63,484 nt of DNA from Welwitschia mirabilis (lineage: Eukaryota), in contig JBOZIK010000001.1 of NCBI GenBank assembly GCA_051453625.1, positions 49,404,588 through 49,468,071 on the forward strand, in the 5' to 3' direction. Below are positions 35,425-48,510 of this stretch, in pieces. The number at the start of each line of letters is the position of its first letter. Position 1 is the stretch's first letter. Both the position numbers and the translations under genes were made by a program. A model generated the notes under the pieces. It was not told the origin of the DNA, did no database searches, and saw nothing but the letters and a program-made list of their open reading frames with translations.

Positions 35425-38400
35425 TCCGTCAGTCAGTCGCTTTATCTGTCTCTCTCTTTTTCTCTCTTTCGATCTCTTCTTGTCTGTAATGTTGAGTTGG
35501 GATTGCAATGTGCAGGCCGCAGTGGCCAATTGTTTTTATCTGTTGTGGTGTCTGTCAGTGACTAAAGTCGAACGTCATCTTCTTGGAAAGAGTTGTTATC
35601 ATGTGAAGAGCAACTTGCTCTTCTGCGATGCAGTCTGAATTTGTTTATATAATAAAAAAACAGAGTCTCAGCTGAGGGGTTGTGGGTAACGAAAAGCGCC
35701 CATTACTATACAGCACTGGTACAACAGTAAGGAGACATCAGTGCTGGCTGGCTTGAATACTGTTATATTGGGCAGCAATATTCTCTCAGGGGAAAGAATA
35801 ATGATTGATATCTTACTATTGTATGCAGTTGGCAAAGCGTTCTACAGATGCATGTATGGTATTCTCGAATATTTTAGAATGTGAAATGATAAAAAGGACT
35901 GTTCACTAGCGTTTTAATACAGTAACTGTAATTGAAATAGCACAGTGCAGCAAGCACCATGATTTTCCCTTTGAATAATGCTGCCACTTTTTCAGTTTTT
36001 GAAAGCTAGAACTCTTCTAAGATCATTTTAAACAATCAAAGATGTTATACCTTCCCTCCTCTGTTTTCGATATTTTCACAATCAACCCTGTTATTGGTAA
36101 CTCGTCTGTCTTTTGCTGGAAAAGAGTTACATAAAAGTCCTCCATTCAGTTCATATGCTGTAGCTGTACTACCGTTAATTTGTATAATCTTCTGATATTC
36201 TCTTATGTGATAAAGTGCAATGGATGCCACGTTTAAATCATGTATTTCTATAAAAAGACATTAGTTTCGTGTGATCGAAATTTTTCATCGGTTTTTAAAG
36301 GATTGAAATGAAACAATACACATGTAAAATCAATAAGTGCCAGAGAGACATACATAGAAAAAACAAAATAAAGGGGATGGTAACAACTTAAAATGGGCCA
36401 TCCCAACATCAATTGTATTGAAATTAGGTTCAGGGTGATAATAACTTACATAATGTACCTATTTCAACTCATGTTTATAAGTTGAAAGTTGCAATGTTTT
36501 GGGATCGAATCCTATGATGTGTGGGTCAGCATATGATTCTTGTTCATGTCTTTAAAGCACACTAAGGTGCATCCCTTAAAACCTTAAGTATAAATGACAA
36601 GTGAAAACTAGACATCTATTGGCTTGCTCCCAAATTCACAAGAGCCATGCATAGATTTTCATCTCACCAAGTAAACTAGTAACCCTAGTGAGTGCTTTAT
36701 AGTTTCTCATGAACTAACACAAAAAGAGAAGAGGGGGCAACCGAATTAGGGCACTCAAAGTCAACCATATTACCAAGTATATTGGAAGTAGAGATTAAAG
36801 GCTATAGTAAAAAGATTTTTATAATGATTGACAAGAAGGTGAAGAACTGAGATGATCTTAGACTAGAGTAGAGGTAATGTCGGCTTGGGATGGGGAGAAA
36901 GTTCCTCAATCTATGCTTCAAATTTGTGCTAAATATTTTAAGCAAATTGCAAGGCCTAGGGCACCAAACCAAAGAGATTATTTCTTCTTTTTCTTTTGCC
37001 TCTTCCCTTTTTTTTGCTAAAGAAAGTTAACTCATGGAAAATGGTGCAACACTTGCTAAGGTCATTAGTTTACTTAGCTAGGTGAAAAATCATAGATGGT
37101 CTTTTAAGTGTGAGAGCTAACCACCAGAGATCTCAGTGTCTTGTGATTTATGACTAAGATGTTGATGCCTATGCTCGAGCATACTTTGAATACATGGATA
37201 TAAACCACAAGTCAACTTACACACCATAAGATTAAAACTCAAGACTTTAAAGCTTCCAACAACTTTTAAATATGGGTTAACCTAACTATGCTAAGAACTA
37301 GGCTCCGATCAAAGAGGTCGTTGATATTCTGCAATTATTTAAGGAAGAAGAGGAAGTTGAGAATTGCACAATAATAGGTGAAAAGGGAAAACTTAACTTC
37401 GTAGTGGCCCCTGTCACTAAACCAACACCTGAGGCTATTAGTGTCCTAGTTGAAGGTATGCAAACAACTTTGTTAAGGGGTATGATCATGAACCTAAGAA
37501 AAGCTTAGTAGTTAATTATGATAAAACCTTAATGGAGAAAACTTAACCTTGGATGTATAAATATTTGTGAATAGCCTAAGAAGGTGATTATTGCAACAGT
37601 TTCTATTGCATCATTATGCTATAAAAAACTTTTATGTCTATTATTTCTATTTAGTAGCATTTTCTCTAATTTTCGTTTACCTCTAATTTCACCTTGGCAT
37701 GTTAACTTGATACATTATACTTCCTAATATGGTCTTAGAAAAGCTTCATCTTGAATTGATATAAATTTGTTATCTCTCATAGAAGCTGATAATGAACAAA
37801 AACATGTTGACATTTATAGCAACTAAAATTTGTCTCAATTGTTTCCTATCTTATATCTAGCTGTTTAGCAGTATTCATACCCTAGTTTTGGTAGCTTTTA
37901 TAGCTATTTCATAAGTTATATATTCATTCTAGATTTCAAGTTTCTGTGTAGATCGATTTCCAAACTATCAGAAGAGTAAATCAAGAGGCATACAAAACAT
38001 TATTAGTTTGCCTTAGGAAATGTACTTCTATAGTTGTAAACTTCCACAAGGCTCACACATCAAACATCAAACTTCAAACATAGAACTTCATACATCCAAA
38101 CATCATATGATCAAGCATTGGATACATAAGACACCTACAAAGGTATTACACTGCAAGATCAAATACATACAACAATCATAGAGTTTAGATGTTCATGACA
38201 CTTAGACATTAGACATCTTAGATGCCTAGATACTAGAATTATGGGATTCCCAAACATTGGACCCTTATAAATATTAGGTGCCTATGTATTAGATGTCAAA
38301 ATAAAGAATAATTATCATAACCTTAGATAGGTAAGAAGCCTAGACATTAGATATGCCAGAAGGTCGATTGCTTAGACATTGAATGCCCTACGAGAAGGTA

Positions 38401-39099
38401 AAATGCTCAGACATCAAATGCCCTACTAAGTTAAAAACCTAGATGTTAGACACTCCAAAAGCCAAATCAAATGCTTAAATGCCTCATGCCTAGGTTTAAC
38501 GATCAAAGAGGTTGAACATCCAAACTTCTAAAAGAGAGTTTAAATGTCTAAGAAAATGTAAGAGGTTGAAATAGGTAATTTTCAAATCAATAATTAGAGA
38601 TTCTCATGGAATTTCTTTAGTCAATCCATACACATGAATTTGCAATATTTTTCTCTTCTATTTTAGTTAGTTTTTGTGGTCCTAGATAGCTCAAAATTCA
38701 TTGCTTAGATAGTTTTAACTAGGAATTAATCCTTGGTGACTATGTAAGGTATGAAAATAAAAAAGGTGCACTTGAAACAATTTAAACCTTATGTTAATTT
38801 TTCTACTCTAGAGAAAGGTTTTTCAACAATGCTCATGAACTCTAAAAACCTAAATAAGCATAATCAAGTGGATATGAGGTGCTAAAGATTATCTAAAGTG
38901 ATATATTAAATAATAAAAATATTAATCAATATAAAAGCAAATGTCAATGTCATCTTGAGTGCTAAACCTACCTAAAATCAATGATACAGTAAATCTTGGT
39001 AGCCAAAGCTAAGAGATGTATAGAGATGATCTAGAAGAGAACAGTTATTCACCACCAATTATCACTAATGAAGATATTGTAAAATGGAGATCTATTGAT

Positions 39100-42000
39100 C
39101 AGATATTCCTTCTTTTCTAGTCATAAATGAATGTCATTATCAAATGCTATATAAGTATACATCGGCTTATAAGATTGTAGAAATATTCAAAGAATTGTTT
39201 AGTAAGAAAGCAAAGATGGGGTTCATTTAGCTTCTAAATAAGATGAATGGTCTTCACATGAAACAGGGCAAGGAATTGGAGTTGTTGAATAAACTTTAAT
39301 ATACCAAGAAGATTTTCAATAAGAACTATAGATAACAATGTATTGCATGTGCATTTCTAACTAAAAATGCTTAGTTGGTATCATGCTATAACTAGGTAAT
39401 TAACTATCATCTAATAGAAAGTAAAAAATAATCAATTTTGCAATGCTTGCTAAGATCCTAGTAGACCTTAATAGGCAATATGAATCACACTAGTATAGTG
39501 GCATGGAATCAATTTTGTAACAGACAAAGCTAACTACAATGGAGGTGGTAGTAAGCAAGGTAGAAAAAGAAAAAACTTTGGTAATAAACTCAGTATGCTT
39601 AAGTAATAGGATAAAGGATATGACTAGAAGAAGTAACACCAAGACTATGAATTAAAGATTAAAAGCCAAAGTATGATATAGTTTAAAAAATGTGATATGA
39701 ATGGATATTATGCCTTTAAATGGAAAATCCAAAAAACATCTTTAGTAGAAATGTCAAGCACATCAATTTCAAGACAAAGTAAGCATAAAAATCTTCTAAT
39801 TGTAAGAAATAATTGACATCTTTTATCAAATTTGTAAAGGAGTAAAATGAAGAAACTAGATTAAGAAAATGCTTAAGGGGATGGAAGCATAAAACCATTC
39901 TCAAGGAAGATTGTACAAATATAATTGGATTTGTGGATTTAGTTGTGAAAACTACAACTATTAGATAAATAATAATAATGTGACTTAACGTATAACTATG
40001 AGAAAGGACTTGTTTTATAGGTTAAATGACACATTCTATGGCATAGTTAAAATGGAAGACAATATTCCATGACTAGCATTGAGCATTGGAATAGTTTCAA
40101 TGGAATCTTCAAATGGATTAATTAAATTTTAGTTGAGAGATACTTTGTATATTCCTGATTTACAACAAAGTTTGTTGGCACAAAGTACGTTAGGGTGAAA
40201 AAGCTTTAATGTCATGATGATAACATTAGATGAGAACATGAAGATCTCTAGTGAAGGTAAGACCTGTTTCACTACATAATTAGAAAGAAAAATAGTGTAA
40301 TTAAATAGCAAAGCATTAACATGTAAGGAAGAAAGAAGTTATTCTTTAAGGATAGAGGAACTATGTTGTAATATATAATCACACAAAGTTTTTGAAGACA
40401 TGGTGGTGAATAAGCTAAAATGTAAGGAAAGCATTCTGAGTAGTTCTATAATATAACCATTTTAGAAGAGTAATCACAAAGCTAGAAAGAATTGCACTCT
40501 AATACATGTGGACTAATTTCAATTGAAAATTTAATAGATAAAAAATCGTTTTTTCATTTCCATTTATAATTATTTCCAAAAACTGTGAATAATATGTTTT
40601 TGGTATAAATCATAAGTCTTCGAGTATTTTCAATACTAGAAGAATCATTTTTAAGAAGATAATGGTTATGAAACTAAGACTTTGTGTACTCATAATGGCG
40701 GGAAGAATGTTTCAAAGGAATTTGAGCAATAAGTAAAAATTAAACAATTACGTCATACAATAATACTTCTAGATACACTATAATAGAATGGTGTTGCAAA
40801 GTGAATGAATCAAACACTTCTTAATGTGTGAAAGCGGTGCTTCTATATAAGAAGTTACCTACATAATTTTTTAGAAAAAGTTAATAGATACAGCTATCAA
40901 GATATATATGATGTATTAGAAAAGAAGAGAATACCATGTAATGAGTTGTGGACAGGATGTAGTAAAACTGTAAAATGCTTTCAAGTGTTTAGACTACATT
41001 AATATGCATTCACTTTTTCATGGAATCACAATAGGCTTCAACATGTGCAAATATTAGTCAGATGTGAAGTTAATACAAGGGGATAGAAAGTGTTTGTCCC
41101 AAAATAGATAAAGACTATTCTTTCTCATGATGTAAGGAAGACATCATTACATTAGATAAAGAGTGAAGACCAATGAGGTAAAGCACAAATATTAAACATG
41201 NNNNNNNNNNNNNNNNNNNNNNNNNNNNNNNNNNNNNNNNNNNNNNNNNNNNNNNNNNNNNNNNNNNNNNNNNNNNNNNNNNNNNNNNNNNNNNNNNNNN
41301 NNNNNNNNNNNNNNNNNNNNNNNNNNNNNNNNNNNNNNNNNNNNNNNNNNNNNNNNNNNNNNNNNNNNNNNNNNNNNNNNNNNNNNNNNNNNNNNNNNNN
41401 NNNNNNNNNNNNNNNNNNNNNNNNNNNNNNNNNNNNNNNNNNNNNNNNNNNNNNNNNNNNNNNNNNNNNNNNNNNNNNNNNNNNNNNNNNNNNNNNNNNN
41501 NNNNNNNNNNNNNNNNNNNNNNNNNNNNNNNNNNNNNNNNNNNNNNNNNNNNNNNNNNNNNNNNNNNNNNNNNNNNNNNNNNNNNNNNNNNNNNNNGAAG
41601 ACCAATGAGGAAAAGCACAAATATTAAACATGGTGCAACTATTTTATATAGATTTTAGGCTTCAAAGGGGAGATCATGGAGGTGGGGAACTGGTGGGGGC
41701 AATGTAGCTAGAAGGTGGGAAAGGGGGAAGTGGCTCTAATTTTCAAGATAGTATGTGCAAATATAGGAATCTATGCATTCATCGCTTTAATAGCTACCTA
41801 AATCTAAACCTACATGACAGATAATTTATCAATAGGTAAATTCAAGGGTATAAGAAATTTTTTCAAATTCAAATTCTAAAAGGAATATTCTGATGAATGA
41901 TTATAAGGCTTTGAGCTTACTCTTAAATGTAAATAATGTCATGAAATGCAAAAGATTTTAAAAAAATTAAAACTTGATGAAGCATTGAAGACAAATACTA

Positions 42001-43800
42001 ACAAGGGAGTAAAATCCATCAAGTAAGGAAGGATAAGAAAATTAAAGCCAGTTCTAGAGAAATTTTTCTTACTTCTAGTAGTAACTAAATAATGTTTAAA
42101 GATTCAATGAAGTGTATGCAATGGAGACATGCCATGAGTATGGATTATCAATGTTGAATATGAGATGATATTTGGAACCTTGTAAACCTACTACTAAATA
42201 ATAAATTGGTAATAAACAAATGGGTTTTGATAAGAATAAACTTAAATTAATTATAAAAGGATTCAATCAAAAGCATGGAATTGACCACATAGAATTATTT
42301 TCATCCATAGAAGAGTAGTAGCTCATTCAAACCTTAATTGCATTAATAACACAAAAAAAAAATAATAAAAGATGCATGAAATTAATGTAATGACTACATT
42401 CCTAAGTTAAGAGAAGAGCACATAACTAAGGTAATGAAGAGCTAAAATGGGATTTGACACATATGAATACTAAGACAAGAATGCAATACTATGTATTAAG
42501 ATATAGAATATAATAACTCATGGCTAATTGTATTTGTGAACAAGTTATTGATCACTAGAGTAGATGATAAAAAGTATCGTACAGGTGAAGAAAAAATTTA
42601 CAAAGCAATTCGAAAGTATGAATTTGGGATTGACGAACTACAACGTAACTGTGTAACTAAGACAACAAAATAACTAAATTTTCTTAAATAGAGGAAAGTA
42701 CATTAATTATATGTTGGATGAATTTTGTGTAGAGAATGCAAAAATAATGTTTACATCAATGCAATAAAATCTAAAGTTTATTGTCATTGAAGAACCACTA
42801 GGTGCAAATAAGATGCTCTAACAAAATTAGGTTTGAATCCTAATATATGTCACTAATGCTCAAGCTTGAATTTATTTTATAGTTGAGATGTTAATAAATT
42901 AGAATTCAACTAATAGAGTTTTATATCACCTAAAGGAAATAAGAGATTTTGAACTTCTATTTCAATATGATAACAACTACAAACTCAAAGATTGACAAAC
43001 TTAGACTTTAGTAGTTGTTAGAATATCAAAAATCCTAAAATAAGATATCTAAAGTTCTTGGGATTCAGACCAATCTATTGGATATCAAAATGATAAAAGA
43101 TAGTGATAAATTTATCAACTGAAGAAAAACAAATGTAGCATCATTTAAGAGAAACAAGGAAATAATCTAGATAGTAAAGCTACACAAGATTTTAGTTCTT
43201 CTATAAAAAAAGGATAGAAAGTTCTATGTGAATAATTAATATGCTTCCCATATGACAAAGACTTTAGTGTTCCATGACATAACACAAGAACCTTTTTAGA
43301 ATGGTTTAATAGATGTACAATGTGTCTCTTTGATAAATGAGGTTGTAGATATTCTAATAAATCTCCTTGGTAGAATTAAGTTTCACTAATTTATAGGTCA
43401 ACTAGTAGTAAGAAAAATCAATCCATCTTAAATTAGAAAGAGGAATTTACTAAATGATTAACTTAGCATTCAAAACTATCTAAGGGGCATTTTAATTTTA
43501 GACTTGAGGGTTTTTGTCCAAGCACTTTAATTCCCTAGAAAATATTTACTTTCTAGTTATTATTTTTGCTAATGTGTTAGGTGTGTTATTTGTTTATTGT
43601 AATCACAACCTTTCAAACTAAGGGAGATTGAAGTCCTCTTACCTTTAATAAAGTTCTAATTATAGTGAGAAATGAAAAATCTCAATTATTAACTAAAGTA
43701 GCTAGAATAATTTATATGAGAAGAATCTTATTAAAAACTTTAATCATAGATTTATAGAAATGAGCTACACACTAGTCAGTAGTTCTTCTTATGTTATTAG
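39100..43800 (+). mobile_element. Highly degenerate Ty1/Copia element (Ivana/Ale-like): protease, integrase, RT, RNase H, PPT and probable 3' LTR
   Basis: W-FVD protease-like motif at ~39925. Integrase ELHSNTCG at ~40489, TLCTHNGG at ~40679, RYTI**NGVAK (PQQNGVAE) at ~40771-40800. RT KGFNQKHGIDH at ~42256 and HEINVMTTFL at ~42375. RNase H VDILINLLG at ~43344. Purine tract aaattagaaagaggaat at ~43430-43447. The 5' LTR was not identified. Confidence 0.75.
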
Positions 43801-44334
43801 GTTGTTGTTACTATTATTTGTATATCATCATGCTACTTTCAATTTAAAAAAAAAAAAAAGATAAGAAAACAAAAGAGAGAATAGAAAGTTCTGGGCGGAA
43901 AATCAATATGAGAAAATATTGAGTACTCAAGTACAAAACCAAACAACCTCTGATGAAAAACAACTTGTTAACAAAGTAGGTATTATATATANNNNNNNNN
44001 NNNNNNNNNNNNNNNNNNNNNNNNNNNNNNNNNNNNNNNNNNNNNNNNNNNNNNNNNNNNNNNNNNNNNNNNNNNNNNNNNNNNNNNNNNNNNNNNNNNN
44101 NNNNNNNNNNNNNNNNNNNNNNNNNNNNNNNNNNNNNNNNNNNNNNNNNNNNNNNNNNNNNNNNNNNNNNNNNNNNNNNNNNNNNNNNNNNNNNNNNNNN
44201 NNNNNNNNNNNNNNNNNNNNNNNNNNNNNNNNNNNNNNNNNNNNNNNNNNNNNNNNNNNNNNNNNNNNNNNNNNNNNNNNNNNNNNNNNNNNNNNNNCCT
44301 CTGATGAAAAACAACTTGTTAACAAAGTAGGTAT

Positions 44335-44361
44335 TATATATATATATATATATATATAGAA

Positions 44362-44394
<33 letters not shown>

Positions 44395-44450
44395 AAGAAG
44401 GGGGGGAGTGGGGAGGGGGGTGGCGGGGAAGGGGGGGTGGTGGGGGAGGG
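44335..44450. repeat. (TA)n-(GA)n microsatellite followed by a G-run tract
   Basis: Directly visible, with at least seven G3+ runs at 44400-44450. Confidence 0.95.
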
Positions 44451-45479
44451 ATTCCCATAAAACATTTTCTATATTTTTCCATTTCCTCTTGGCTTTATCT
44501 TTGTAGGTTAATTTAAAACATTGTTCTTCCTAGTATTAATGGAAGTATCTTGTCTTTGTATAGTATGTTTTATGCTAATGTTTCTAATTAAAATCTTTGA
44601 CATCAATGATCAAAATAGATGAATACAATAAATCAATATGGATAGTTCATTAAGAAAATGGCCATTCTATTATTATAATTTCTTAATTTCAAATATGCTA
44701 TTACATAGCTTCAAACGTATAATTCTGTCATTATCTGTTTGATATTATTAAGTACATCATCAGTTAGAGATGAAAAAATATGATATATGATAGGACATTA
44801 ACTTGCATATTTTATATTATCGAAAACTTTCATAGTTTTTCTTCTAATATTATGTATTAAAATCTTCTACTTTTGCATTAGGTGGGTTCTCTGTCTCTCA
44901 CTCCATACCTTGTTGATCTCTTAAGGGATGATATTGAAGTACCAACAATATTACCCTACGTTNNNNNNNNNNCGCATTAAGATGGATGATATAAAGGCTC
45001 TAACAAATCATTCAACATTAAGCATACATGTCAATATCAAACATAGTCTTTTCTCATAACTATGGTCTGTTACATTCGATTTACAAGTGCTAAGCATATT
45101 GCGAGCGTTTATTATAAGCTAGGATCAAACTCAATAAGACACATAGTTGAACAACAAAAATTATGCATTAATGCCCATCATTCCAGTGCTTCTCTATCTT
45201 ATTACACACACAAATTAGGTTTGACCATCATAAAGACCCAAACAAAGACATGGATCACTATTGCAGAAGGTGTCGAAGATGCGAAAGGTGTTTCAATCTT
45301 GCTTAAATTTGCAAGTTCCTTAGGATAAAGAATGCAAAATTTGATCCTTTCTTCTTTCATCTCCTCTTCATGTTGTTTTTGCATAACTCTATTATAGTTT
45401 CTCCTTATTATCAAAATTCTTCATAGTTTGTATTATGGAAGGGATGGTGTACCTAGTTATAACTGCATAAGATAGATAC

Positions 45480-45990
45480 ATAATCGCCTTAAGGGTCTTA
45501 GCCATCCTACGTTTTTGTTTTCGGACCTTTTCAAATATCTCCGTATCTAAAACTTAGTGTTGTCGAAGAGGTTCCCAGATGCTAGTTTTACTTTTCTCTG
45601 ATTAGCTTCTTCATAAACGACCTTCCCCTTGAGTGTCCTTAAAGAACCCTTGTTGTACAAATTTGGCCCAAATTATATGTAAAGCTTCCATCTTTCCTTT
45701 AAGAACTCTATGTTTTCTTTCATTCTAGATTTTTTTTACTACACAAAAGGGAAACAAGACTTTCCAAATTTTTTTCTGGACTTTGTTAGCAATATTGAGG
45801 TCTCCTTTGTATGCTAGCTTAGCCACAAATTTGGTAATGAAAAGTAAAAACCCAATGCACTCCTGAAATAGCCCCATACTTTTGAAGTAAAGCTACAATG
45901 TAAAAGTAGGTGATCTAGATGTTGGCATTTTTGTTGAGCTAAATCTTGCACCCCTTTCATTAAAGGTCGAAATCCTCATAGTTTAGCTTT
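45480..45990 (-). mobile_element. L1-type LINE 3' remnant (zf-RVT region)
   Basis: The minus strand reads HLDHLLLHCSFTSKVWGYF (zf-RVT E..DHL..HC.F...VW) and KIWKVLFPFCVVKKI*NERKHRVLKG (IW.ERN.R.F.G). Confidence 0.7.
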
Positions 45991-46405
45991 TAGTAATTAG
46001 ATGATTTCTTTCAAGAATTTTGTGTTTTATATTAAAACTACATTAGGTTATTAAAACATTAAATTTACTAAGGATAGTTACTGTATTTAATTTAATGATA
46101 ATTATTATTATTATTTAAACTCATAAATATCTTTCTAAGGTTATTAATGACTACTGTAAAATAATATTAAATTCTTTAAGAGAGAAAGCATCTGAATAAC
46201 CTTTTAATTACATTTGAAATCCTTAGCCTAATTCCCAAGAAGGAATAATAATTTTCTAAATATATAATATATTGATTGAGTCAACCTTTTTTTATATTAA
46301 AATTTACAAAAAGGGAAGCACAAATTTACAAAAAAGGAAGCACAAATGACGATTAATAATATGTCTTACGAATATAACCAAGCAACATTGATGTAAAGCA
46401 AACTT

Positions 46406-46549
46406 GTATGTGTGTGCGCGTGCATGCATGTGTGTGCGTGTGTGCATGTGCGCATGTGTGCGTGTGCATGTGTGTGTGGGCGCGCGCATGCGTGTTTGTG
46501 TTTGTGTGAGTGAGTGTGTGTATGTATGTGTGTCTATGTGTGAGAGAGA
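46406..46549. repeat. Degenerate alternating purine-pyrimidine microsatellite (TG/CG/CA)
   Basis: gtatgtgtgtgcgcgtgcatgcatgtgtgtgcgtg... is directly visible. Confidence 0.92.
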
Positions 46550-47199
46550 TTGTAAGCTTTAATGCAAACTAAATAATAATTAAATCATAAAAAATAAAAT
46601 GCAAAAAAAAAATTAATCAAGAAATGAAGGAAGCCCTTGTCCCAAGCAAAACTAAGGCTCATTAATCTTTTCTAGATTTAATGCAAACTTTTGATTAAAA
46701 TTACTCCCAACCAACTCACAACTCACTTATGGTAAAACAACCATCTTATAAACTTTCTTCTTTATCACTCTTTAAGTGCAGAATTATGCTTTTTACATAC
46801 CATTTATTTTTTCTCCCCATGTTCAACTGTTAATCTATATCTTCATAAAATGTTGAAGGTACTTCTAAAACAATCCATCAATATTTATCATTTTGGGAAT
46901 TACTAAATTTTCACAAGCAATGAAATGAATGAGTTAATTATGCCTAGGGTCTTATAAAATGTGAAGTAGACAATCCAAAGTATCTCGTCAATTGAACTAC
47001 CACCTTACCCTTAATATGTTTATAGTTTGACTTATTGATTAATCTATCAAATTATTAATTAATTTTAATTAAATTTATCTTAAATAATTCAAGGATAAAT
47101 ACGAAACTAAAGCTAAAACTAAAACTATTAGGACATATACATGAAATGAGCCTAAAAGATGCCATTCACAAAGTTACATAGATTTTTAGAGAAAACTTG

Positions 47200-47934
47200 A
47201 AACAATTCAACCAAATTCTATGCTTTAAAGTTTTATTTGTTTCATATCTTATTTATTAAAAGGACACTAAAAAAGACATGACATTCATCTTGAATATTTT
47301 GGTCACACAGTCAAGACATCCACTTTTCTGAAGGAACCCTCTACATGTTTTTAATCCTTAAGTGATGAGTTCCCATTCTCTCTCTGCACATGAAAAGGAA
47401 TAATTGCAGTCAAATAAGTTTCTTTTGTAGACTGCCTTCTCTAATATTGTCTAAATAAACTTCTTCCTTTTATCTATGTTTCCCCAAATATTTTGAAGTT
47501 CTTTTTGTTTTATAATTGTTCAAAATTGTTTAGCATCATGGTGAAAAATTTGTTCTTGAATGTTCTATCTTTTTAGCCAAATCGTTTTCTAATAAAAACA
47601 AGCTTTTTCTTGAACCACATGGGATACCCTTTTAAAAAATTCTATCAATACTAGAATTTAGGAAATTATGAATATAAGCTACAGACTAAAAAGTAACTTC
47701 TACTTCCAAAGTCATTAATTTAGCTTCAAGAAACATAATCTCATACTACGTTAGAAACATAATCTCATACTATGTTTGGCGTTTACATTAATTCTTTTAG
47801 CAAGAAGAATATTTTAAATTATCTTCTCTTTTTTCAATGGTTATTTGCTAATCCAAACCCCTAAACAACATAACCATACAAAAATGTTAGTAAAGTTGTG
47901 TATGAACATTCCAATATAAAATTAACTCTCTTTC
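47200..47934 (-). mobile_element. C-terminal part of an RTE/RTEX-like LINE ORF2 (continues from 53001, split by a Copia insertion)
   Basis: The minus strand reads LYGYVV*G (LYGCEVWG) at ~47860-47882, RMGTHHLRIK (R.SSH.LRIETGR) at ~47350-47380, and C..C...IQDECHVF..P (zinc finger) at ~47260-47320. Confidence 0.65.
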
Positions 47935-48470
47935 ATTGGAATATGAGCCTTAAATTGGCTCTTATCATCTTTTTCCTAAATTTAGCCTTACCTCAAGTGA
48001 GTTATTTGCTATAGATTGGCATTCCCAAAATGAGCATGTAACAAAATACTAAATGTTAGAGCATGTCTACTTTAAGGTTTTGCACAAAATAGTAAATGAA
48101 AAAGCATGTGTATTTTTGAGTTTTCCTTATTTAACCTCAATCCTAGACCTATTAGCATGACAGACCAGTGCTTTAAGTAAGTAAGAGTAGCTAGTTGTGG
48201 ACTAGGACACTACTACTATATTGTAGAGTTGTGGTGTAATCTTTCATATTTTAATCTACCTTTTGTCAGCATAAAGGAAAATCCCCTTTCCCATGGAGGA
48301 AGATGCATTGTCAAATCAGGTTAAATCTTAAGGTATCTTGTCTTCATTCTTTCCTATTACACGTTATTTTTTCCACTATTTTTGCATTCCACATTTAGCA
48401 TTGTCATGTTTCAAAACTAGATGATTCAGGATAGCTTCTGCATTTCACTACAGTTGTAGTTTTTGCAACA
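47935..48470 (+). repeat. 5' LTR of Tork-like Copia
   Basis: Direct repeat of 52427-53000, followed by the PBS. Confidence 0.85.
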
Positions 48471-48510
48471 ATTGGTATTAGTGTAGGTCATTATGTGAGG
48501 GAATGATAGA

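Noticed and set aside
35315-35638. 107-aa ORF overlapping the CLE gene in another frame
   Set aside because: It has a non-ATG first codon, no recognisable motif, and runs through the CT-rich 3' UTR. It is a by-product of local GC richness.
36600-37760. Possible chromovirus integrase/PPT remnant and a short LTR with PBS-like tggtcttaga at ~37730
   Set aside because: The motifs are too degraded and no partner LTR was found, so it is left unannotated.
41166-41632. Near-identical sequence on both sides of the N gap (gaagaccaatgagg.aaagcacaaatattaaacatg) and long X-containing ORFs
   Set aside because: Probably overlapping contig ends or a collapsed repeat, i.e. an assembly artefact. The ORFs are open only because of the Ns.
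43947-44345. Duplicate cctctgatgaaaaacaacttgttaacaaagtaggtattatatat flanking an N gap; 212-aa proline-rich ORF
   Set aside because: A gap artefact at a TA microsatellite. The polyproline comes from the G-tract.
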